Shown here: positions 9,287 to 18,748 of the stretch, in pieces
Layout: every line of letters begins with the position of its first letter
Numbering within the stretch: the stretch's first letter is position 1
NCBI GenBank assembly: GCA_039191605.1
Contig: JBCCXL010000025.1
Span: forward strand, 2,074 to 66,073
Length of the DNA: 64,000 nucleotides
Direction: 5' to 3'
Origin: Acidobacteriota bacterium
GTDB lineage: Bacteria; Acidobacteriota; Thermoanaerobaculia; Multivoradales; JAHZIX01
Notes under the pieces: model-generated
The model's database searches: none
The model's input: the letters and a program-made list of their open reading frames with translations, nothing else
What the model was told of the DNA's origin: nothing
Made by a program: the position numbers and the translations under genes

Positions 9287-10126
9287 ATGTCGAATCACCT
9301 GCAAAGCGTCGCGGCCCGTGTCGCGGTCGCGGCGCTCCTCGCCCTCGCTTTGATCGCCGTTCCCGTGGCGGCGGAGAAGCTGGAATTCAAAGACCCCACC
9401 GGGGATGACAACGGACCGGGGGAATACGTCTATCCCACCGATGCGGTGTACAACCCGGGCTCCTTCGACCTCACCGGTCTGTCGGTGAAGACCAAGGGCA
9501 AGAACGTCGACTTCTCGGTGGACCTCAACACCCGCCTAGAAGATCCCTGGAACATGGGCACCGGTTTCTCGGTGCAGATGATCTTCATCTTCATCGACAC
9601 CGACGGGGAAGAGGGCAGCGGCAATACCGAGACGCTGCCGGGTCTGAACGTCGAGTTCGCCCCCTATCACGCCTGGGACAAGGTGGTGATCCTCTCGCCC
9701 CAGGGCGCTTCTCGGGTCAAGACCGAGGTGGAGCAGAAGGTCGCTGATCTCGCCGGGGACATCGTGATTCCCGGTCGAGTCAAGGGCGTCAACCGCAGCA
9801 TCAGCGCTCGCGTGAAGCTCGAAGAGCTCGGTGGCGGCGATCCGTCTACCTGGGGCTACCAGGTGTTGGTGCAGTCCAACGAGGGCTTCCCCAGCGGCGG
9901 CGATCTGCTGACCCGCAAGGTCAATGAATTCGAGGGCCAGCACCGTTTCGGTGGCGGCAACGACTACGACTGCGACCCCCACGTCGTGGACATTCTCGCC
10001 GGCAGCGGCAGCGGCAGCGACGACGAAGTCGCCGCCCAGCACGCGCAGCTGGCCTATGAGTGCGATGCCGAGGGCAACGCAAGCAAGCGAGCGACTTTGA
10101 CCACCGTCCGCAAGTCCGCGGACTGA
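9287..10126 (+). CDS. secreted Glucodextran_C-like (glucan/cell-surface binding module) protein, paralog 1
   Basis: AAAGGAGG Shine-Dalgarno 7 nt before ATG 9287; signal peptide. The motif string DPTGDDNGPGEYVYPTD...GSFDLTGLSV...FSVQMIFIFIDTDGEEGSG...LPG...WDKVVILSP...FGGGNDY...PHVVDIL matches what I recall of Pfam Glucodextran_C (PF09985). Confidence 0.7.
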   Translation: MSNHLQSVAARVAVAALLALALIAVPVAAEKLEFKDPTGDDNGPGEYVYPTDAVYNPGSFDLTGLSVKTKGKNVDFSVDLNTRLEDPWNMGTGFSVQMIFIFIDTDGEEGSGNTETLPGLNVEFAPYHAWDKVVILSPQGASRVKTEVEQKVADLAGDIVIPGRVKGVNRSISARVKLEELGGGDPSTWGYQVLVQSNEGFPSGGDLLTRKVNEFEGQHRFGGGNDYDCDPHVVDILAGSGSGSDDEVAAQHAQLAYECDAEGNASKRATLTTVRKSAD

Positions 10127-10148
10127 TTTTTCTGGAGAGCTCAGAACG

Positions 10149-12347
10149 ATGAAAACTTCATTGCGTTTCGCCCTGGTGCTGGCGGCGGTGGCCCTGATGG
10201 CTGCCGGCTCCGCCGCCGAGGCGCAGCAGAAGCTGCAGATCGGAGGCAACGTCTACACTAAGTTCCTGTGGGGAACCGAGCGGGTGGACGGCAGTCTCTA
10301 CAACTTCACCACCATTCCCTCCGAGGGTTATGGCGACACCGGGCAGGGTACGGAGATCGAGCTTCTGCTCTCCGCCAAGGTCTCGAAGTGGGTGGAGATC
10401 AGCGGTCGCCTCAAGGGCCGCTTCAACCAGAACTTCTGGACTAATTTCGGCGGCTTCGGCGGCGGCGGAGTGGGAGATCCCGGCTCCGGCGACTGCCTCG
10501 GCGGCGACTGCGGCGAATTCGATTCCCGCTCTGCTCAATACCTCAAGGTACGCGGCATGACGGTGCTGCTGACCCCCGGCTACAGCTGGGTGGACACCAT
10601 CACCATCGGCTCGTCGGATTTCGGGATGTTCAACCCCATGGTCCACGGCAAGATCCGCTTCATCGACCGCGACAACGGCTCCGGGATCATCTTCCAGGGT
10701 TCCAACGCCGACCGCTCGGTGACCTATGACTTCACCCGCTTCTCCCTGCCTCGCCTATGGGCCGGTCCTGAGTTCGATACCGGCGACTTCGCGGCTCTCG
10801 ACTCCGCCTACACCCTGCAGCTGGGTATCAGTCCGTCATCGAGCTACGACCTGACCCTCATCGGAACCTACGTCAACGATACCGAGATCGACGCTAGCGA
10901 TCTCAACCTCGACGACGGCCGGGACCTGCGGGCTCGTTTCCGCAATTCGGTCTATGGCGCGGTGCTCAACGTCTACGCCAGCAACTCGGTGGATCTCGGG
11001 CTGCAGTACTACCACTCCGAGTCCCAGACCTTCAGTGACTTCGCGCCGTCCAGCTTCTTCGGCCTCTCCGGCTTCTCGCCGGTGCCGGCGGGCAAGCTCT
11101 CCGACGACGCGCTGATCGGTGATGTCGGACTCAACGATCCCTTCGGCAACGGCCTGTCCTTCAACCTGCAGTACTTCGATATCGGTTCGGATTACGTCTC
11201 TATTCTCGCCGCCCGCCGCGAGCAGGACGTGCTCCTCACCGAGGGCTTCGATGGCGCCTTTGCCTTCCCTGGCCCCAGCAACGCCGCCTTCGGCGTGTTC
11301 GGCGGCAACCCCACCCGCATCGGCTACGGCGGATGGCAGGGCAACGCCCAGCAGGTGGCCACCATCAACGTCGACAACGAGTTCACCGATTTCGACGAGC
11401 AGCTGGCGGAGACGGTGATCGGCTGGAAGGGCTTCACCTTCAACCCGGTGTACGGCTCCGGCTCCCTGGATATCTCCGCGGAGTACACCTACATCGACTA
11501 CAACACCAACTGGCAGGCCTTCGACGATCCCACCCGTCCGGTGGATTCGAGCATCTACCCGGTGCACGAGCTGGATACCGGCGTCGGCCACAACTTCCGT
11601 AGCGCCTACGCTCCCTTCCAGGAGAAGGAAACCGAGATCCTCGCCCTCAACTTCAAGTACCTACTGGATGCCGGCAAGGGCGTGGACATCTTCGGCAAGG
11701 TGAAGTTCATCGACGAGACCGACAAGCGCCTCGACGACTCGAACTTTCTGCCCTTCGCCGCCGGCGACTGCCCCGGTGGCGGCGTCGCCTGCGCCAACAA
11801 CGCCAACGCCTACAACGCGGCGGGCAACAGCACCTCGGCGATCTACGGCAACCCGCCGGTGATCACCGTCAACGGCGTGACCGGCTACCAGTGGAAGCCC
11901 TTCGACTCGCTGGCCGACGACGACCGGGACATGGACTACAAGATGTACCAGCTCGGCGCCGGCTATCAGCTCACCAACGATCTCTACGCCTCGCTGCAAT
12001 TCGAGCGCTACGACGTGGACCTGCAGGACGGCAACACCGCCTTCCAGGCCTACCAGCTCCACGAGATCGCCTCCGGTGACCACACCAAGAACAAGCTGAT
12101 CCTGAAGGCTCGCTACGTTCTCGGCGGCGCGGAGATCGGCTTCAACTACGAGTACAACGAAGGCACCTTCGACCCTGACTTCGGTACCGGCTTCGTCGTC
12201 AACTTCGCCGACGAAGGCACCGCCGCCAGCGTCAACGTGCCGGTGGGCTCGCCGGGCTTCTTCGGTCGCTTCGGCGGCTGGAACAGCCTGGCGGAGCGCG
12301 ACTTCGATCAGCAGCGCTTCAAGGCCTACGTCAAGGTCCAGTTCTAA
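10149..12347 (+). CDS. outer-membrane beta-barrel protein (large porin-like), family not recognised
   Basis: Signal peptide MKTSLRFALVLAAVALMAAGSAAEA. Gly/Tyr/Asn/Asp-rich alternating pattern throughout. The C-terminus ...RFKAYVKVQF ends in Phe, as in BAM substrates. Confidence 0.7.
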   Translation: MKTSLRFALVLAAVALMAAGSAAEAQQKLQIGGNVYTKFLWGTERVDGSLYNFTTIPSEGYGDTGQGTEIELLLSAKVSKWVEISGRLKGRFNQNFWTNFGGFGGGGVGDPGSGDCLGGDCGEFDSRSAQYLKVRGMTVLLTPGYSWVDTITIGSSDFGMFNPMVHGKIRFIDRDNGSGIIFQGSNADRSVTYDFTRFSLPRLWAGPEFDTGDFAALDSAYTLQLGISPSSSYDLTLIGTYVNDTEIDASDLNLDDGRDLRARFRNSVYGAVLNVYASNSVDLGLQYYHSESQTFSDFAPSSFFGLSGFSPVPAGKLSDDALIGDVGLNDPFGNGLSFNLQYFDIGSDYVSILAARREQDVLLTEGFDGAFAFPGPSNAAFGVFGGNPTRIGYGGWQGNAQQVATINVDNEFTDFDEQLAETVIGWKGFTFNPVYGSGSLDISAEYTYIDYNTNWQAFDDPTRPVDSSIYPVHELDTGVGHNFRSAYAPFQEKETEILALNFKYLLDAGKGVDIFGKVKFIDETDKRLDDSNFLPFAAGDCPGGGVACANNANAYNAAGNSTSAIYGNPPVITVNGVTGYQWKPFDSLADDDRDMDYKMYQLGAGYQLTNDLYASLQFERYDVDLQDGNTAFQAYQLHEIASGDHTKNKLILKARYVLGGAEIGFNYEYNEGTFDPDFGTGFVVNFADEGTAASVNVPVGSPGFFGRFGGWNSLAERDFDQQRFKAYVKVQF

Positions 12348-12483
12348 GCGGACCAACTCATCGGCTCGGGCCTCGAGGGGGCCCGGGTCGGTGACCGTCG
12401 ACGGTGGAGATCCTGCCGTCGGCGCAACCCCGTCTCCCGCTCTGGCCCTGGGCCGGGCGGGGGCTTCCCCTCGGGATTTTTCT

Positions 12484-12520
12484 GGCCTGACTGTATCGGC
12501 CTGACTGTATCGGCCTGACT
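12484..12520. repeat. 14-nt tandem repeat GGCCTGACTGTATC, 2.6 copies
   Basis: Read directly: ggcctgactgtatc ggcctgactgtatc ggcctgact, ~65 nt upstream of ATG 12584. Confidence 0.9.
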
Positions 12521-12583
12521 TTGCGGGCCCTGCTCTACCGGCTGTGGGCCCATCGAAACCACGACGCTTTGGGAGAAACCGTC

Positions 12584-13720
12584 ATGACTCGTTCTTCTCG
12601 CCTCGCTAGCTTACGCCTCGATCGCTGGACTCTGGGAGTCGCGCGACCGAGCTTCGGTCTCGTCGCCCTCGTGCTGCTGATTCTCGGATCTTTCGCCCTC
12701 GCCACGCCGGCGGCGGCGGATCGCGACGATGTCTTCTTCAAGATCACCGATCCCCGGGGCGATGACCACGGCGACGGCAGCCTGACCTATCCCATCTCTC
12801 CGGAGTTCAACGAAGGGGAGCTGGATCTCATCGAGCTCACCGCCAAGGCCGCCAAGGGCGGCACGGAATTCCAGGCGATCTTCGCTGAGCCGATCCGCCG
12901 GCCCCGCCGGGTGGCGGTGGACGCCACCGGGGTAAGCCTCTCGGACGTCGCCCGCTTCGGCTTCTACACCTTCAACATCGACATCTACATCGACACCGAT
13001 CGCGAGCCGGGCTCCGGCGCGGTGCAGACCCTGCCGGGGCGCCGGGCGGAGCTGGATGCCGGCCACGCCTGGGAGAAGGTGGTGGCCCTGACCCCCCGCC
13101 CCCACGCCGCCCGCGGACAGCTGCAGCGGCTGATGATCAAGTCCCTGGAGCGCTCCATGGCGACCACCGGCGAGGCCTCTACCGAGGTAGAGATCTCCGA
13201 GGTCAAGACGGTGGTGCCGGACGAGGTCGGCCGCCACGTCTTCTTCCCCACCCGGGTGCGGGTTTCCGGCTCGAAGGTGCGCTTCTTCGTGCCGGATAGC
13301 TTCCTCGGTGGTCCGGCCCAGGACGATTGGAGCTACACCGTGGTGGTCTCCGGCTCCGACCTGCTGCCCTCCTTCGAGCTCGGCGCAGCCCTCGGCCTCG
13401 GCGAGGCTGGCGAGCCCAACCTGATGGTGCTGCAGCGGGAAGAGGGGCGCAACCAGCTGACCTTCGGCGGCGGTACCGACAACCACAACCTCGAGACCCC
13501 CATCGTCGACATCATCGCTCCCCCGGAGCAGCGCCAGGAGCGTATGCTGCGCTCCTACAACCCGCGCACCGGAGAGCCGGTTCGACTGTCCGGCGTAGTG
13601 CCGGCCCAGGGCGATGAGCGCCCGGCCCGCTACGCCGCGCCGACCGCTCCCCAACAGGCTCCGGAAGTCTCCTCGAAGTCCGAGCGCGAGGACGACGATG
13701 CCGTCGGAGAGGTGCGCTGA
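12584..13720 (+). CDS. secreted Glucodextran_C-like protein, paralog 2
   Basis: GGGAGA Shine-Dalgarno before ATG 12584; TM/signal segment. DPRGDDHGDGSLTYP...GELDLIELT...FYTFNIDIYIDTDREPGSG...LPGRRAEL...WEKVVALTP...FGGGTDN...PIVDIIA aligns with paralogs 1 and 3. Confidence 0.65.
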   Translation: MTRSSRLASLRLDRWTLGVARPSFGLVALVLLILGSFALATPAAADRDDVFFKITDPRGDDHGDGSLTYPISPEFNEGELDLIELTAKAAKGGTEFQAIFAEPIRRPRRVAVDATGVSLSDVARFGFYTFNIDIYIDTDREPGSGAVQTLPGRRAELDAGHAWEKVVALTPRPHAARGQLQRLMIKSLERSMATTGEASTEVEISEVKTVVPDEVGRHVFFPTRVRVSGSKVRFFVPDSFLGGPAQDDWSYTVVVSGSDLLPSFELGAALGLGEAGEPNLMVLQREEGRNQLTFGGGTDNHNLETPIVDIIAPPEQRQERMLRSYNPRTGEPVRLSGVVPAQGDERPARYAAPTAPQQAPEVSSKSEREDDDAVGEVR

Positions 13721-14130
13721 TCCTAGGGTCTGAAGGGTCCCAACAAGCCCCGAGGGCGTGAGATTCAGCGGATGCCGGGCTGAGCCGGCCTGATGCTGGA
13801 TTTCCTTCTCGTCCTCAGTCTCGACTCGGGAAAATTCTCGCTCTCCCAACGCGAGTGGGGTGGAAGGAGCGGCGCCATGGCGCGGCGCTCCTTCCACCCA
13901 TCGTTTCGATTCGTCGCCTCGGGACTGAGCCGCGGCATGTTCGTGGAGCACTTCGTCGGACGTGCCTCGTGGCAGGTCTCGCCGGATTTCTTGCCGAATG
14001 TGTCGCCGGAGTGGGCTGATAGCCTCACGGGGCGAACCTCGGGGGGGCGCCGGACGGACTCGCTGGCCGAGCTGGCTCTAGCAACTCGCTGGACGGGGAG
14101 ACGAGCATTTCGTGGAAAGGAGCGCGGCTC

Positions 14131-15267
14131 ATGAAGCGATTTGGAGTCGGTGGGGGAAGCCCGCGGAGAGGGCTGCTGGGAAACGAGAACGTTGGGTTGA
14201 GGCCGCTAGGCTGGTGGGCTCTCTTCGCCGCCCTGGCGCTGATTGCCGTCGCTACCCTTCCGGTGTTGACGCAGGGAGAGGAGAAAGAGGGGGATCGGAA
14301 GGGAGAGATCTTCGCCGTCGCCGATCCTTACGGAGATGACTTTGGCGCCGGGGAGCTGGTCTACCCGCTGCGGGAAGGGTGGGGGCGTGGAGATCTCGAC
14401 CTGCTGCGCTTCAGCGCGAGTCGGGTGGACGGCGGAACCCGCTTCGAGGCCCGGCTGGCGAGGTCGATTCGGGCGCCGATGCGCCGCGCCGTGGACTTCA
14501 CCGGGATCCAGGAGACGGATATCGCCCGTCTTCCCTTCTATACCTTCAATCTAGACGCCTATATCGACACCTCCGGCAGCGAAGGGGAGGAAGCCCTGGA
14601 AGGATGGGGCGGGGAGCGGGCGATGATGCCGGGAAGGCTGGCGGAGCTGCCGCCGGGGGCCGGCTGGGAAAAGGCCGTGATCCTCACTCCGGCGCCGGCT
14701 CAGGCCCGAGGGGAGCTGGTGCGCACCGTCGCGGCGGCGCTGGAGGACGATCCCGGAACCAGCTTCTCTCATTGGCTGCAGTCTCCGGGGCAATCTCCGG
14801 GGCAGGCGCCGAGCCCGCTGCCCACCGGGCGCCAGCTGCGTCGGGCGGTGGAAGAGGCGCTGAGCCAGCGGGTGCATTTCCCTCAGCAGGTGCACGTCCG
14901 CGGCCGGGAGATCACCTTCTTCGTGCCTGACTCCTTCCTCGGCGGCGCGGCGAGGGCGGAGTGGGGTTACGTGGTGGTGATCACCGGGGCCGAGCTGCAG
15001 CAGCGGGTGAAGATCCCGCTGCTGGCGCCCTACACCCGTCCCGAGAGCGCCGGCCTCGCCATGCCGGTAGTTTCCGGCCGGTCGAAGGACGCCTTCGGCG
15101 GCGGAGCGTGGGATCAACCCCTCCAGCCTTGGTTGATCGACATCCTGGAGGGACCCGGCGCCGATCAGGGAGCGATCTTGCGCAGCTTCGACCCCACCGC
15201 CGGCACCCTGGCGAGAGTGCCACCGGTGGTGCCCGCGATCCTGCCGGCTGCCGATCCCGAAGACTAG
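14131..15267 (+). CDS. secreted Glucodextran_C-like protein, paralog 3
   Basis: GGAAAGGAG Shine-Dalgarno before ATG 14131; signal/TM segment. DPYGDDFGAGELVYP...GDLDLLRFS...FYTFNLDAYIDTSGSEGEE...GRLAEL...WEKAVILTP...FGGGAWD...PWLIDIL. Closest to paralog 2. Confidence 0.65.
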   Translation: MKRFGVGGGSPRRGLLGNENVGLRPLGWWALFAALALIAVATLPVLTQGEEKEGDRKGEIFAVADPYGDDFGAGELVYPLREGWGRGDLDLLRFSASRVDGGTRFEARLARSIRAPMRRAVDFTGIQETDIARLPFYTFNLDAYIDTSGSEGEEALEGWGGERAMMPGRLAELPPGAGWEKAVILTPAPAQARGELVRTVAAALEDDPGTSFSHWLQSPGQSPGQAPSPLPTGRQLRRAVEEALSQRVHFPQQVHVRGREITFFVPDSFLGGAARAEWGYVVVITGAELQQRVKIPLLAPYTRPESAGLAMPVVSGRSKDAFGGGAWDQPLQPWLIDILEGPGADQGAILRSFDPTAGTLARVPPVVPAILPAADPED

Positions 15268-15285
15268 AGATCTTGGGGATGAGGA

Positions 15286-16218
15286 ATGGCCAAGGACTTC
15301 GATAGCGCCCGCCGCGCGGCGGTGATTCAGGATCTGCTCGGCGCTCTGCGGGACGAGCCGGTGGACCTGCTGCCCTTCGACGAGGTGAGGGAGAGCCTGC
15401 ACCTGCGGCACCTTGTAGACCGCGGCATCTATGAGGTGCCCCTGGACCAGGTGGTGGGCTCCTTCAACCGCACCCGGGAATTCAACCGCGCCTTCCTGCC
15501 TCGCCGCGCCGGCCAGCGGGAGCGATGGAAGCGAATCGAGGCCCTGGCGAAGGGCTCCGAGGGCTTTCCGCCGGTGGAGCTCTACAAGGTGAGAGACGCC
15601 TACTTCGTCATTGACGGGCACCACCGGATCTCCGTGCTCCGCGCCCTCGAGGCGCCGACGGTGGAAGCCTGGGTGAAGGAATTCCTGACCCCCGTGCCCC
15701 TGTCCCCGGAGGAATCCATCGAAGAGGTGGTGAGCAAGGCCGGCCTCGCCGACTTCCTCGAGGCCACCGGCCTCGACGCCAGCGCCGAAGCCAGCTACCG
15801 GACCACCGCCGCCGGCGGCTACGAGCGCCTGCTGGAGCACATCGTGGTCCACCGCCATTACCTCGGTGTCGAGCAGCAGCGGGAAATCCCGTGGCGCGAG
15901 GCGGTGAGCTCCTGGCGAGATCGCGTCTACCAGCCGGTGATCGAAGTGGTGCGGCAGCGGCGAGTATTGGAACAATTTCCCCAGCGCACCGAGACCGATC
16001 TCTACCTCTTCACCATGGACCACTGGCACCTGCTGCGAGAGCGCTACGGCGACGAGCAAGTCGACGCCCAGCGCGCCGTCCACCACCTCTCCCGCAAACG
16101 CCGTCGCCGCCAGCGCCAGGAAATGCCCTGGGTGCGCCGCAAGCTCCACGACCTCTGGCGTCAGTGGCGGGGGAGTAGCATCAGAGAATCTGAAGCCCAA
16201 CAAGAGTCAAAGAAGTAA
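15286..16218 (+). CDS. ParB/Srx-fold N-terminal domain protein with uncharacterised C-terminal domain
   Basis: YFVIDGHHRISVLRAL is the DGHHR-type ParB-like nuclease-domain signature. The C-terminal half (ERLLEHIVVHRHYLGVEQQREIPW...) resembles a DUF I cannot name with certainty. Basic tail. Confidence 0.6.
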   Translation: MAKDFDSARRAAVIQDLLGALRDEPVDLLPFDEVRESLHLRHLVDRGIYEVPLDQVVGSFNRTREFNRAFLPRRAGQRERWKRIEALAKGSEGFPPVELYKVRDAYFVIDGHHRISVLRALEAPTVEAWVKEFLTPVPLSPEESIEEVVSKAGLADFLEATGLDASAEASYRTTAAGGYERLLEHIVVHRHYLGVEQQREIPWREAVSSWRDRVYQPVIEVVRQRRVLEQFPQRTETDLYLFTMDHWHLLRERYGDEQVDAQRAVHHLSRKRRRRQRQEMPWVRRKLHDLWRQWRGSSIRESEAQQESKK

Positions 16219-16482
16219 GTATGTCGGTGATTGATCGCTACTCACGAGTCTCGCTTTGATGGCGAAGCGGTTTAAGGTCCACCTAGATTCTTGTGATTTA
16301 TTATTGCGGCTTTGAGGGTCTAGCCATATAGATGGTGGCTGTCCATTCTCCGGCTTGAATCCGTTCTGCCGGGGCCTGACGGTTATGATGAGTGAAGGGT
16401 CGGCTTTTTGTATTGTGGATCTTGCAGCAGCTATGTTTTTATTTGAGGAGTGACTAGAATCTTATTGATTAGGGGGATTTAG

Positions 16483-18600
16483 ATGATGGGATCAGGGTTA
16501 CCCAAGATAGGAGTCGTTGGTTTAGGCGCTTATTATTCGAAGCTGGCTCCGTGGCTGGTGGGTAAATTTGATCAAGTAGCTTTGATAGATGCCCGGGCAG
16601 AAGTGCAAGAAACTCTGGCGGGTTCTATGCGGGGAAGGTTTACATGGGCAATGGATCCGGAGTGTATTGCCGAGAGATTGTCTAGAGCGAACCCGGATGG
16701 AGTGTTGCTTCTCATTCCCCCGGAGTCTTTCCAGGCGATCGCATTACCAATAGTTCAGCGAGGCCTGCGAGTCCTGCTGGAGAAGCCTTTTTGCCGTGAC
16801 GGGTTGGACCTCGAGAGGATTCTGGAAGAGCTGCGCTCCCCTGACCAAATTCTCTTTTCAGACTACTACCGAGATGTTCGATCTTTGCCGCTCATGTCCC
16901 TTTGCCAAGGCAATACTCTGACTTCATTGGAACGCTCCTTCGTGAAGAAGGCCAGCGCAGAAAGTCTTGAGCCGGGGGGCGATCTCACAGCGGTTACCAA
17001 AATCATCGGTCGGCTCAACGAGAGAGCTCCCTTCATCAATGGGGAGTGGCGCTCAGAGGCCGAGGGGGGTGGCGTGGTTCGCGACCTGATGGTTCACTTA
17101 CTCGCGGTGATCCAGCGCCTCTTTCCTGACCGATGGTTGAGGCCCAGGGAGGTCGTGTTGACTCAGCCAAGTCATGCCAGAGCGGAATCGCGTGCCAGGG
17201 TCATCGGGCACCTAGTGCCTGGTGGTCTGCAGATTGACCTAGAAGTTCAAAAAGGTGCGGTGAAGAGCCAAAGACATTTGACATTGCTCGGACCGGACTT
17301 TTCGCTGCGGCAATCCTTCGATGATCGCCACGAGGCGTATCTGGAGAGAAAAGGGAAGCGATTGATGCTAGCGGAGCTCGCCGGCAACCATTATGAGTTG
17401 AGTGCAGCCTTGTGGCGGTGCTGGTTGGACAATTCAGCCATTTCCGTAGGCCCTAGGGATTGTCGCGAGATCGTCTCAATCCTAGATTTGATTCGGCTCT
17501 CAGGCGAGCGGCTTGTGACAAGAAGGACGCCGGCTAGCGGGGAGGTGCTAGTGCGAGTTATCGATAAGCCTCATGAGAGAGAACAGCGAACAGTATTTCC
17601 CGTGACCAGTGTATGCACGATTCCTGCTACTGCAGATCATGATGAGAACAAGTCCCCGGATTGGCTTCTGGAGAGCGAATCCCGCGTGCTCGACAGTCTG
17701 AACACCAGAGCCGATGAGATGCTGGATTCTCTCGGCCCTCAGGAGGCTCGAATGGAGGTTCTGAGGCGTCACTTCTTCTACGAAGATTGGGATCGGAAAA
17801 TTGTTCCCCGTACGATTGTTCCGCCAGTGGCGTCCTACGTCGAGAAAGTCGGTAGTCGCGGAAAGAACTATGGTCACTTGACGTTCCCCCATGAGGCTGC
17901 CGGAATGGCAGCATTCAAGGCGATCGCCGGAAATCAATCGGACAAGATTCTTGTAGGGGAGTCTTATAAGGAGCTTGCAGATCAGAGAACGCGTTTTGTT
18001 TGCTTTGGTAGCTCGGTGGTCAACGAGCTCACTCGAATGGTTTTCCCCCTCGGCCTAGAGGGGAAGAGTGAGCTTCGGAGTCTCTTTGCGTTAGAGAAAA
18101 TTCCCTACAGAATCGTTTTGGATCGGCAGGACCCTGATGTCAAGGTGTACTCGGCGATGTTGGGTGGCGAGCGGCTGAAGAGGAGGAAAGCCATTATCGA
18201 GTCAATGCCCGGTGGTGTTTATAGAAAGCACTCATTGCCCCCTCAGGAGTATTTGTGGTCCGCTGGCCGATGGCAGGGGTGGCTGAGGCGAGATCGCCTA
18301 CTCGTCAGCAAGTTGCCGATCAACTTTGAAGGGGGCTCCTTGCTGTTGATCGAGGGAGGGCACGGAAGTGGGACCGAGGCGTTTCGGCTCCTTCTGAGCG
18401 AGAAGGCCTTCGATCCTCTCGCTTTGTCGGAGCTGAACCGGCTCCTCATCGGTTGGCGGTACTTCCAAATTGTCTTCGAGGTCGAGGACATCCGGCATGA
18501 GAAGGCTGGTAGCTCTCCACGCCATCTGAGGGTTTCATCGGATCTTCCGCCTCGGCAAGTACACCTATCGAAAGAGCTCTTGCCTTTTTGGAATAGTTAG
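16483..18600 (+). CDS. 705-aa fusion protein: N-terminal Gfo/Idh/MocA-type NAD(P)-binding Rossmann domain plus unknown C-terminal domain (possibly SLOG/LOG-like Rossmannoid)
   Basis: GGGGGA Shine-Dalgarno 7 nt before the ATG. The N-terminus KIGVVGLGAYYSKLAPWL...VALIDAR...PDGVLLLIPPESFQAIALPIVQRGLRVLLEKPF is the classic GFO_IDH_MocA pattern. The C-terminal ~340 aa has a strand/Gly-loop pattern (FVCFGSSVVNEL ... LLLIEGGHGSGTEAFRLLL). No family was recognised. Confidence 0.75.
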   Translation: MMGSGLPKIGVVGLGAYYSKLAPWLVGKFDQVALIDARAEVQETLAGSMRGRFTWAMDPECIAERLSRANPDGVLLLIPPESFQAIALPIVQRGLRVLLEKPFCRDGLDLERILEELRSPDQILFSDYYRDVRSLPLMSLCQGNTLTSLERSFVKKASAESLEPGGDLTAVTKIIGRLNERAPFINGEWRSEAEGGGVVRDLMVHLLAVIQRLFPDRWLRPREVVLTQPSHARAESRARVIGHLVPGGLQIDLEVQKGAVKSQRHLTLLGPDFSLRQSFDDRHEAYLERKGKRLMLAELAGNHYELSAALWRCWLDNSAISVGPRDCREIVSILDLIRLSGERLVTRRTPASGEVLVRVIDKPHEREQRTVFPVTSVCTIPATADHDENKSPDWLLESESRVLDSLNTRADEMLDSLGPQEARMEVLRRHFFYEDWDRKIVPRTIVPPVASYVEKVGSRGKNYGHLTFPHEAAGMAAFKAIAGNQSDKILVGESYKELADQRTRFVCFGSSVVNELTRMVFPLGLEGKSELRSLFALEKIPYRIVLDRQDPDVKVYSAMLGGERLKRRKAIIESMPGGVYRKHSLPPQEYLWSAGRWQGWLRRDRLLVSKLPINFEGGSLLLIEGGHGSGTEAFRLLLSEKAFDPLALSELNRLLIGWRYFQIVFEVEDIRHEKAGSSPRHLRVSSDLPPRQVHLSKELLPFWNS

Positions 18601-18748
18601 GAGGATTCGCGGGTAACTGCATAGGCGTTCAGCTCGCTGGTCCTTGGAGAAAGGCTCAGTGCATTCGTTGACTGCGGAAAGTCCATCAGGATTCAGCAAA
18701 GCTGCTTGGACCTCGAGAGTCTCGAACAGGTGACGGAGGTTCCAGATA

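Noticed and set aside
12512-12527. Sigma-54-like CGGCCTGACTTTGC upstream of the P2 gene.
   Set aside because: The GG-to-GC spacing is one nucleotide short of the -24/-12 consensus, and the -24 element is CGGCCT rather than TGGCAC.
12611-16203. 446-aa (12611-13951) and 550-aa (14551-16203) minus-strand ORFs opposite the Glucodextran_C-like and ParB-fold genes.
   Set aside because: They are shadow ORFs for the same reasons. The plus-strand genes have Shine-Dalgarno sequences, signal peptides and paralog support.
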